DNA from: an uncultured bacterium
GTDB taxonomy: Bacteria; Acidobacteriota; Thermoanaerobaculia; Multivoradales; JAHZIX01
Assembly (NCBI GenBank): GCA_965368975.1
Contig: CBDUPA010000013.1
Coordinates: forward strand, 128,001-192,000
DNA: 64,000 nucleotides
Direction: 5' to 3'
Part shown: positions 52,651 to 60,349 of the stretch, piece after piece
Layout: the number at the start of each line of letters is the position of its first letter
Position numbering within the stretch: position 1 is the stretch's first letter
Notes under the pieces: model-generated
Database searches by the model: none
What the model saw: the letters and a program-made list of their open reading frames with translations, nothing else
What the model was told of the DNA's origin: nothing
Translations under genes and position numbers: made by a program

Positions 52651-53651
52651 CACGGACTGTCTTCAGGGTGCTTCCGCAGAGCGAAATCGCGGATCTTGAT
52701 CAACCACTCCTTCTGCAGCTCCTCGCGCTGCTCCAGGGGCATCTCACGATCCCGAGTCAAGGTATCCAGAGCCCGCAGCAGGTCGAGGTACTCCGCGCCG
52801 CCAGGAGGAAAGAGTCCACGGTTGCGAATCACCTTCCGATCCTGCAAGAGCTGTTCGGCAGCTTCCCTGCGGATTTCCGGGCTCAATTCAGGGAAGTGCG
52901 CTTCGCCACGTTGCATCAGCAGACGGATGAACTCATCGGCTTCGCTCTCTTCCTCTGGCCACTTGAGCTGCAGCACCAGGCAACGACGCAGGAAAGCATC
53001 TGGCAGGGCGCGATCCTCGTTGGTTGTCAGGATGACCAACGGTCGGGCCAAGCTTTCGGCATCTTGCGCCACCTCGACGCCTCCTGGCCCGGTGAATCGC
53101 CCGGCGCCCAGGGCTTCCAGCAAACCATTTGGAACTGCGGTGTCCGCTTTGTCGATCTCGTCGATCAAGAGGACAGTACCTTGATCCGGTTGCCAGTCTT
53201 TGGGCTCGACAGGGGCTGGGGCTCCGACTTCCTTGGCCTGAGTCTTGGCGCTGTTCCAATGAAAAGCCCACCAGAGTGGTCCCGGGGCCAGGAAGCGAGT
53301 CTCCTTCAGTTGTTCGCGCACCTTCGCTTCATCCTTCACATCGAGCGCTCCCTGGACCTGAGCTTCCGCCAGACGCGCCACAGCATCGAAGCTCCAGAGC
53401 AGATCGCGGGCTTCGGTTCGCGCGTCGATGACCGTCGTGATGAGGGCGCGGTTCAAGGCCACTGCCGCCGCGCGGGCCAGCTGACTCTTGCCAGTGCCTG
53501 GTTCCCCGCGTATCAGCAGCGGTCGGTTCGCCGCCAGCGCAGCGTCGAGCGCGTCGATCGAGGTCTGGCTGAAGACGTGGACTGTCGATGGCAGGGCTCC
53601 GAGCTTGGGCAGGGGAAAAGGCTTCTCGGCTTCAATCTGAAAGTAGCTCAA
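52647..53651 (-). CDS. MoxR-family AAA+ ATPase
   Basis: RPLLIRGEPGTGKS, VLLIDEIDKAD, LTTNEDRALPDAFLRRC. Confidence 0.92.
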   Translation of the reverse strand: MSYFQIEAEKPFPLPKLGALPSTVHVFSQTSIDALDAALAANRPLLIRGEPGTGKSQLARAAAVALNRALITTVIDARTEARDLLWSFDAVARLAEAQVQGALDVKDEAKVREQLKETRFLAPGPLWWAFHWNSAKTQAKEVGAPAPVEPKDWQPDQGTVLLIDEIDKADTAVPNGLLEALGAGRFTGPGGVEVAQDAESLARPLVILTTNEDRALPDAFLRRCLVLQLKWPEEESEADEFIRLLMQRGEAHFPELSPEIRREAAEQLLQDRKVIRNRGLFPPGGAEYLDLLRALDTLTRDREMPLEQREELQKEWLIKIRDFALRKHPEDSPW

Positions 53652-55108
53652 TTCGGCTCCTCGTCGGTCTTGCGGTCACGAACCAAGATGAAACGCAGTG
53701 GACCTTCGATCTCTTCGATCTCGATTGTCCAATCCACGTCGCCACCGGTCAGCTGAATGATCTTCAGCTCCCGAACACACTCCTGCAACTGCCGAAGCGC
53801 CAGTTTGTGCCTTTCCAAGAACTCCTGACTACACAGGAGATAGCGCGATCGCCCATCGCCTCTCTTCTTGTGCAGGCGAAGATGAATATCGATCAACTCG
53901 CCACGCTTTCGGTTGCGTTCCTGAGGCGCTGTCTGCAACACGCGGACGCGCTGGCTTTCCGGCACCAAGTGCATCGCCAGTGCTTTGAGAAACGTATCTA
54001 GCGCGAATTCTCCTTTCAGATCGAGGCCCACCTCTGGAATCTTTCCCATTTCCGAGAAGGGCTGCGGATCTTGGGCCTGATCCTCTAGCGGGCGGAAACT
54101 ATACGGCTGTCGGTCCTCTGCAGCCATCACGATTTCCGCCACTGTCGGCGTCGCCACGGGAATCTGCAGGATCAAGGCGCCGCTAGAACTTTCAGAAAAT
54201 GGAGCGAGGAGGTGCCGATCGTAGAACATGGGCAGGAGGTGGGCCAGGATGTCTTCAATCACCTGGGCAGCCTTTACGCTGCGCTGCCTCATCAGGCTCT
54301 TGTGTGCCCCGTGGAGCACGTCCAAGAGCTCTTCCACCGTCGTTCGCTCACAGAGGAAGGAAACGACTTCTCTCTCGGTCATCGGTTCCAGGACCTCGCG
54401 CCAGCACTCCTGTGACTGAATCGCTCTGGCGGCCTCAGGTTCTCTCGAAAGGAGGCTCGTCAAGCGATCACGCGTCACGTTCCAGCGATCGAGATCGACT
54501 CCCAAGGCATCTCGAAAGTCGGGCAGTAATAGAAGCTGATGCATTGGGGTTGCATCGACTCGCCAGGCCGTGAACTCGGACCTGGCTTGCCGAATGACAC
54601 CGAAGATCCGCCCACCTACGAAAATGGGGGCACCCGAGATTCCTTGCAAGTACTCAACGTTTTCCGGGGGCGCTTCGACCGTCACGGTAAAACGGTGCGC
54701 TTGCTTGGCCACCGCTGGAGCCGTGCCGTTCAACGCTTCCATTCGATCCGCTACCGTGGTGCCTAAGGACGCCGTCCGGGCGCAGCCTCTCGATTCCCAG
54801 TCCTGCTGAACCGGCAACGGATTTCCCGATAGTAGGCAGAAGGACGAAACAATGCCTCGAACGGGTTGACAACGGAGAACTGCTGCATCAATGCCATCTT
54901 CGGCGTTCTGGCACCAGAGCGTTTCCTCGACCGGCACTGTCACCACCTGGCCCTGATCGCCGTCCAACAGAATCTCGACTCGAATTGCATCTTTGACCAC
55001 GTGACCGGCCGTCAGGATGCGATCCCCGCCGAGCAAATAGCCGGTCCCCGTCTTCCCACCCCCACCGGCGAACTCCGAGTTGACTTGCACAAAGCGTCTC
55101 AGATCCAT
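53648..55108 (-). CDS. Trypsin-like serine peptidase fused to a C-terminal helical region (VMAP-like component)
   Basis: Triad motifs LTAGHVV, DAAVL, GISGAPIF; no signal peptide; lies between Trypco2 and MoxR. Confidence 0.8.
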   Translation of the reverse strand: MDLRRFVQVNSEFAGGGGKTGTGYLLGGDRILTAGHVVKDAIRVEILLDGDQGQVVTVPVEETLWCQNAEDGIDAAVLRCQPVRGIVSSFCLLSGNPLPVQQDWESRGCARTASLGTTVADRMEALNGTAPAVAKQAHRFTVTVEAPPENVEYLQGISGAPIFVGGRIFGVIRQARSEFTAWRVDATPMHQLLLLPDFRDALGVDLDRWNVTRDRLTSLLSREPEAARAIQSQECWREVLEPMTEREVVSFLCERTTVEELLDVLHGAHKSLMRQRSVKAAQVIEDILAHLLPMFYDRHLLAPFSESSSGALILQIPVATPTVAEIVMAAEDRQPYSFRPLEDQAQDPQPFSEMGKIPEVGLDLKGEFALDTFLKALAMHLVPESQRVRVLQTAPQERNRKRGELIDIHLRLHKKRGDGRSRYLLCSQEFLERHKLALRQLQECVRELKIIQLTGGDVDWTIEIEEIEGPLRFILVRDRKTDEEPN

Positions 55109-55136
55109 TCAAACCTCCAAGAAAATTGATGCTGAA

Positions 55137-55466
55137 TCACCCTCTAGCCGGTGTCGAGGCTGACAGATCCACTGGCTCTTTCCTAGTCGTCCCATCCATG
55201 GGATCGAACCAGGGTTTGAGCTTCAGCTTGACGGTGTGAACCGCGCCGGTCTGCCTCTTGCCTTCCGCGCCCACTTCCGCTCCGACCCCTAGAACATTGA
55301 AGCTGACCTTGCCATTGCCTCCGCCTTCCTGATTCACAGTGACCTGGGCTTCCACTTCGACTTCCTGCAAGTCGAAGCGCAAACGGTTCCCGTGGCCCAA
55401 AGCCATGGCGGTAGTCAACTCTTCCCGCAGATTCTCCACAAAATCGGCCAGCCGAATCTCAGACAT
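55137..55466 (-). CDS. Trypco2 (trypsin-co-occurring domain 2) protein
   Basis: IRLADFVENLREEL...LRFDLQEVEVEAQV...GKVSFNV.GV..G.EG....VHTVKLKLKP pattern; GGAG RBS; directly upstream of a trypsin gene. Confidence 0.8.
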   Translation of the reverse strand: MSEIRLADFVENLREELTTAMALGHGNRLRFDLQEVEVEAQVTVNQEGGGNGKVSFNVLGVGAEVGAEGKRQTGAVHTVKLKLKPWFDPMDGTTRKEPVDLSASTPARG

Positions 55467-55540
55467 GCGCGTCTCCTTCAAAGTTCAAATGTCTGAGTGA
55501 GGATATACCAGACAAGGATCCGGAAGCGGCTGACGCCGCA

Positions 55541-55626
55541 GGACAGGCACAGGGGCCTACCCCTACAACAGAGACCGGAATTGCCGCCTTGCCAATGTAG
55601 GGGTACCCCCCTGTGGGTGCCCCTAC
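55541..55626. repeat. Pair of GTAG-type REP-like palindromic elements
   Basis: 55541-55567 reads TGTAGGGGTAGGCCCCTGTGCCTGTCC on the minus strand; 55596-55626 reads TGTAGGGGTACCCCCCTGTGGGTGCCCCTAC on the plus strand. Confidence 0.7.
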
Positions 55627-55665
55627 CCAGAACAGACCGTATCCGCTGAATCCGGCGCCGCTTGC

Positions 55666-56070
55666 CTACCGCTCTTCCCGATACGGCCGCTCGGCGTAGA
55701 TATCCGCCGGCTTCTTCAGCTGGCCGTTCATCACGATGACATCGTCATCATTGCCGAACTGCCCATCCGGACCGGCGGAGATCAGATCGTAGTGATCGTC
55801 GATCCACTTGCGGTAGTAGAGGTCATTACCCCAGCCATCGACCGGATCGGGCATGCCTTCGCGCAGCTCTGGCTTGATGTCCATCAGCCGCTCCGGCATC
55901 TCGAAATTGGCGTCGCGGTCGGTGGTCAGGTGGGCTTTGAGGGCACCAGCCCAGGCGAACATGGTGGTCTCGGTCTGGGTTTGCGGACCGCTACAGGCAC
56001 CAAGGGCTGCGACGGCGAGCACGAGGATGAGGGTGAGCGAAGACGAAGGGAAGTGACGGGAAGCCTGCAT
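55666..56070 (-). CDS. Small lipoprotein with a GspG (T2SS pseudopilin) C-terminal-like motif
   Basis: AAGGAG RBS; lipobox LGAC; DGWGNDLYY...YDLISAGPDGQFGNDDD. Confidence 0.7.
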   Translation of the reverse strand: MQASRHFPSSSLTLILVLAVAALGACSGPQTQTETTMFAWAGALKAHLTTDRDANFEMPERLMDIKPELREGMPDPVDGWGNDLYYRKWIDDHYDLISAGPDGQFGNDDDVIVMNGQLKKPADIYAERPYREER

Positions 56071-56203
56071 AGCGATCTCCTTTTGACGTTGGGTACAGCT
56101 CCGCCGGACGCTGCAAATGGATCTGCAGCCGCGGCAGTTTCTAAATGGTGAGAGGTCAACGTAAAGGGAGTCGCCAGTATAGCAGGGCGACTCGACAGCA
56201 AGG

Positions 56204-56848
56204 CTACTCGCGGTGCCGGAAGACGACGCAGAAGCGGTCTTCATCGGCGTTCCAGTCTTCCAGACGTTCGACCGGCTCGAAGCCATCGAGCGCCATCTCG
56301 CGGATCAGGTCGTCAACGTCGATGCCGTGACCGCCGCGCTCGGGCACGCCGTCGAGCTCGCGCCAGTTGGTTTGCGGCTCGATGTCGAGGACGGCGATGC
56401 GACCGCCGGGACGCAGGGCCCGGGCCAGGCTGGCGCGCATGGCTACGGGATCGGTGAAGTGGTGATAGACCATGCGCAGCAGGATGACATCACAGCAGGC
56501 GTCGGGCAGGCCGGTGTCGGTGTCGGTGCCAAGCAGCACGGTGACGTTGTCGAGACCTGCGTCTTCGACGTGCTGGCGGATCCTGGGGAGATCGTCTTCG
56601 TTCACCTCGGTCGCGAACACGTGGCCCTCGCCGACGGTTTCGGCTAGCGGCACGGTCCACTCCCCTTCCCCGGCGCCGACATCAGCGACCACCAGGGTGG
56701 GAGCGAGGTCGAGGACGGTGAGCAAACGCGTGACCTCGCTGTCATCCTCCGCACGGCTAGCGATCGGAGTGCAAGCGGTGACGGCGAGCAGTACCAGGAC
56801 GGCGGGCCAGGAACGTGCGGAGGCGAGGAGTGGACGTCTAGAACTCAT
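56204..56848 (-). CDS. Class I SAM-dependent methyltransferase with lipoprotein-type signal
   Basis: VADVGAGEG motif I, VYHHF, LRPGGRIAVLD; N-terminal VLLAVTAC. Confidence 0.85.
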   Translation of the reverse strand: MSSRRPLLASARSWPAVLVLLAVTACTPIASRAEDDSEVTRLLTVLDLAPTLVVADVGAGEGEWTVPLAETVGEGHVFATEVNEDDLPRIRQHVEDAGLDNVTVLLGTDTDTGLPDACCDVILLRMVYHHFTDPVAMRASLARALRPGGRIAVLDIEPQTNWRELDGVPERGGHGIDVDDLIREMALDGFEPVERLEDWNADEDRFCVVFRHRE

Positions 56849-56944
56849 TGGTGTCTCCCAAGTCGGATGACCGATCTTCCTCATGCTAGGAACCAGTCTC
56901 ATGCTACGAACCAGCGGGGGCCACGTTGCATTCCGCATCGGCCG

Positions 56945-57934
56945 CTAGCGGGCAACCGAGGTCAACCAGGCCTGCAACTGAGCATCCAGGGCAGCGGGTT
57001 CGACGGCCAGGACCTCGAACAGCAGCTCCGGCTCGTAGTCCTCTCCCGCCGCCAACCTGTCGAGGAACGTGCGGAAGCGTGAACCGAGCTGTGCGTCGAG
57101 GAGCAGGAAGCGCACCAGCAGCGCGCTCTGCTCGTAGTCGAAAGACGGGTGCTCAGCATCGAAGTCGCCGCGGTGCCGGCGTAGCAGGCGTTCGACACTG
57201 CCCACTTGACCGTTCCGGTAGCCGTGCTGGAGCCGCGCGGCGGGACCTTCGACGCCGGCCAGGCCGGTCAAGGTGCCGGGACCGTCGAGGGTCGCGGGAT
57301 CGCCGATGGCGTCGGCCAGGCCTTCGGACAGCCAGGGTGGCAGGTTGGGGCCGAGGGTGCGACGCTGGACGAGGTGCGCCAGCTCGTGCGCCAGGGTGGT
57401 GGCGTAGGAATCGTAGGGAGGCTCCCCGGCCCACATTGCCAGGTAGCCGCGCACCGGCCGGGCAAAACCGGCATAGCCGATGGCGACACGACCTTCGGTA
57501 TGACTGAAGGTACGGAAGTCTTCGCCGTCAGCGAACAGCAGGATCGCAGCCTTGGGTTCACCGAGCGGTTCGAGACCGAGGCGCACGGTGGTGGTGAGGT
57601 CGAGCTGGGCTCCGATCTTGGCGCAGGCGTCGAGCAGGCGCGCGTCGGTGACGTCGGTGAGCAGCTGGTACGGACCACAGCGAGCGTCGCGGGCGTCGGG
57701 GCCAAGGATGCTGCGGGCGGCGGCGAGGGCGTCGGGATGAGGTTCGACGGCGGGACGAGGCGCGCGCGGGCTCGGCGTATCGGAGGCCAGGGCGGCGGTT
57801 TCTTGCGTCGAGGGCGCGGAGATCGACTCCCCCTGTGGACTGCCCACGGGACTGCCGCACGCCGCCAGCAAGACGATCGTGACGATCCCCAGCAGGGCGT
57901 GAGTTGCGGACACGGGCTTAGATGGCTTTGGCAT
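56945..57934 (-). CDS. Gluzincin-type metallopeptidase lipoprotein (peptidase MA/DUF1570-like)
   Basis: Lipobox LAAC; HELAH followed by PWLSEGLA. Confidence 0.75.
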   Translation of the reverse strand: MPKPSKPVSATHALLGIVTIVLLAACGSPVGSPQGESISAPSTQETAALASDTPSPRAPRPAVEPHPDALAAARSILGPDARDARCGPYQLLTDVTDARLLDACAKIGAQLDLTTTVRLGLEPLGEPKAAILLFADGEDFRTFSHTEGRVAIGYAGFARPVRGYLAMWAGEPPYDSYATTLAHELAHLVQRRTLGPNLPPWLSEGLADAIGDPATLDGPGTLTGLAGVEGPAARLQHGYRNGQVGSVERLLRRHRGDFDAEHPSFDYEQSALLVRFLLLDAQLGSRFRTFLDRLAAGEDYEPELLFEVLAVEPAALDAQLQAWLTSVAR

Positions 57935-58045
57935 GCGTCGAACCTTTCTGGCCCGAGTCTACGTCGAGAACTTCCGTCTCGTCAGCTTTCGACTGCTTTT
58001 CCGAACAATTTCATTACTCACAGATATTACATTCGACAACTATTC

Positions 58046-58074
58046 TTGACGGATCTGTTTCACTTGGGTATGTT
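58046..58074 (+). promoter_or_regulatory. Sigma-70-like promoter upstream of the precursor peptide gene
   Basis: TTGACG (58046-51) - 17 nt - TATGTT (58069-74) with AT-rich sequence upstream. Confidence 0.65.
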
Positions 58075-58195
58075 GAGCAAGTCTCATCAAGATAACGCGC
58101 TCCACGAGATAAGGGGCCCTATATTCTGGCAGTCGGAACTTCCATTCGTTCCCCAATGACTGATCCCCCCTAGGAATCCTGAAGGAGGAGTACCT

Positions 58196-58375
58196 ATGAA
58201 GCGTAAGCTGAAGAAGATGTCCCTGCGCACCGAGACGCTGCTGTCTTTGGAAGACAAGAACCTGCGCCGCGCCGGTGGTGGTGATGCGAGCGAGTGGAGC
58301 CACGCCATGTGGCCGGACAGCGGCACGTGCACCTATGGGGTTCACGAGGGCGAAGAGATCATCGTCTACATCTGA
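58196..58375 (+). CDS. 59-aa RiPP precursor peptide with a class I lanthipeptide-type leader
   Basis: Manual translation: MKRKLKKMSLRTETLLSLEDKNLRRAGGG-DASEWSHAMWPDSGTCTYGVHEGEEIIVYI. Strong RBS GAAGGAGGAG; KKxSLxxETL and double-Gly leader motifs; directly upstream of a LanC-like gene. Confidence 0.85.
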   Translation: MKRKLKKMSLRTETLLSLEDKNLRRAGGGDASEWSHAMWPDSGTCTYGVHEGEEIIVYI

Positions 58376-58399
58376 TCTAGGGACCGGCGGACCGTGAAG

Positions 58400-59704
58400 A
58401 TGCCGAGCCAGGTTTCCAGCGTCGGAAGTCCGGCCTCGCTGCACCTACCACCACCGGTCCGCCGGTCGGCCTTGATGACGGTCGAGGCGATCGCGGCGGA
58501 TCTGCAACGCCTGGACGAGGGCGAGCAGCAGCAGATACCCGTCAACGCGTCTGCTCACCTGTGGCATCTCGCCAACCGGGCGCTGTTTTTCGCCTACCTG
58601 GGAATCGCTACGGACCGACAAGCCCCGCTCGACCAGGCGCTGGGCCTGCTCCAGAGGATCCTAGACGAGCTACCGAAGGCACAGCGGCTCAAGTCCTCGC
58701 TGTTCTACGGGGTATCTGGACTGGGCTGGACGCTGCACCACGTCGGTCGTCTCCTCGACGCGCACGACGATCAGCTGACCGAGGCACTGGACGCAGCGCT
58801 CGAGCAACAGCTGGCCGTGCCAGCACGACCAGGACGGCCCTACGACCTGATGGATGGGCTCGTCGGAATGGGCGTGTATGCCTTCGAGGCGTCCCAAGAG
58901 TCCTTGCTGCACCGCGTCGTGGAACAGCTGCGGCACTGCGCGCAGACAGACGGTGACGGCGTCAGCTGGTGGGTGCCCGAACCCGTGCACCGCCCCGAAG
59001 CCGGCTCGGATACCGAGACGAGGCATCAACACAATCTCGGCCTGGCGCATGGCATCGCGGGTGTGATCGCTTTCCTGGCCGACGCCCTGACAGGCGAAGT
59101 CCTGCCGGAGACGACTGAACCGTTGTTGCGCGGTGCGGTCCGCTGGCTGTTGTCGCAAGGCCTCGACACAGACACCGCCCGTCGAGGTATCGAACCTGGA
59201 CGCACCTTCCCCTGGTCCGTCATTCCGGGATTCACGCCTCACATCAGCGGCTGGGACCCCGGTTGGGCCTATGCCGACAGCGGCATCGCCTGGGCCCTGC
59301 TGCGTGCCGCGCGCGTGCTGCGAGAGCGCGACCTGGAGCGTCGAGCCCTGGACGTCGCGCGGGCCGAGACGGAGCGACTGGCGGACATCCCGACGCGCAA
59401 TCCGGGAATCGGCTACGGCCCGGCCGGCTTCGTGCTTCTCCACCAGCGCTTGTGGCAGCAGACCGGCGACCCGGCATTTCAGCAGGCAGCACTGCAAGCC
59501 GTGGAGCAGCTCCTCGAACTGCGTAGTAGTAGCGCCGAAGAAACGATCGGCGGCTTCTCCACCATCGATCCTCGCGGCGCCCGGCGTCCGGCCGACACCG
59601 GCTTGCTGGGTGGCGCCGCCGGCATTGGCCTCGTTCTGCTCACCGCCCTGTTCGAGGTCGATGCGACCTGGGATCGCCTACTGCTGCTCTCGCCGCCCAG
59701 ATAG
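58400..59704 (+). CDS. Stand-alone LanC-like (lanthionine synthetase C fold) protein lacking the zinc ligands; start uncertain (58394/58400/58475)
   Basis: LFYGVSG, YDLMDGLVG, NLGLAHGIAG, GLLGGAAG, WDRLLLLS; WCYG is replaced by WAYA and CHG by GYG. Confidence 0.85.
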   Translation: MPSQVSSVGSPASLHLPPPVRRSALMTVEAIAADLQRLDEGEQQQIPVNASAHLWHLANRALFFAYLGIATDRQAPLDQALGLLQRILDELPKAQRLKSSLFYGVSGLGWTLHHVGRLLDAHDDQLTEALDAALEQQLAVPARPGRPYDLMDGLVGMGVYAFEASQESLLHRVVEQLRHCAQTDGDGVSWWVPEPVHRPEAGSDTETRHQHNLGLAHGIAGVIAFLADALTGEVLPETTEPLLRGAVRWLLSQGLDTDTARRGIEPGRTFPWSVIPGFTPHISGWDPGWAYADSGIAWALLRAARVLRERDLERRALDVARAETERLADIPTRNPGIGYGPAGFVLLHQRLWQQTGDPAFQQAALQAVEQLLELRSSSAEETIGGFSTIDPRGARRPADTGLLGGAAGIGLVLLTALFEVDATWDRLLLLSPPR

Positions 59705-59803
59705 CCGACCAGAGAACTCATGTTAGGCTTCAGTTCCTTCCCTTGACGCTGACTTTCACTCACCGGGTCCGGAACATCTCTAGCTCTAGCGGAGGATCCG
59801 TCC

Positions 59804-60232
59804 ATGTACAAGTTCGCACTCACCGCCATCTTCTTGGCTCTCATCTCGCTCTCCCCCTTGACCGCCGAGGAATCGAGAGTCCAGGCCACGTTGGTCGAGC
59901 CGACCGTAAATCTCGACTTTGGCCTCGGTGACCCTGCTCCCGCGACAGCGTGTCAGGATCCTTCGTCGACGACGACCCTGTGCATCGGCGACCAGATGTG
60001 CCACGGCCAGAACTTCTGGGCCTTTCCGAATGGAACCACGGGTGAAGAATGCACCGGTGGGCTCGAGCTGATGACCCTCGACAGCGTGCCTCAAGCCTGC
60101 ATCGCGGCGAGCGCCATGTCGGAACCGACAATTTGTAACAGCGTGTGCACCGAAGTCGACATGCGCGAGGACGACTCCAAAACGTCCAAGTGCTGTACCT
60201 ACAAGAAGACGCGCATCTGCGACCCTGACTGA
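59804..60232 (+). CDS. Secreted cysteine-rich protein (10 Cys), unknown function
   Basis: GGAGG RBS; signal peptide MYKFALTAIFLALISLSPLTA; 10 Cys in the mature region. Confidence 0.7.
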   Translation: MYKFALTAIFLALISLSPLTAEESRVQATLVEPTVNLDFGLGDPAPATACQDPSSTTTLCIGDQMCHGQNFWAFPNGTTGEECTGGLELMTLDSVPQACIAASAMSEPTICNSVCTEVDMREDDSKTSKCCTYKKTRICDPD

Positions 60233-60349
60233 TGGGCCTATGGGGCGCGAGACCATGGAGTTTCCGCCCCCTGAGGCTTTGTGGTAGAACCAAGGCAGAC
60301 CTTCGGGCCTTCCCGCGCCCAATTTCTCTCTCATCAGGAGATCTGCCAC

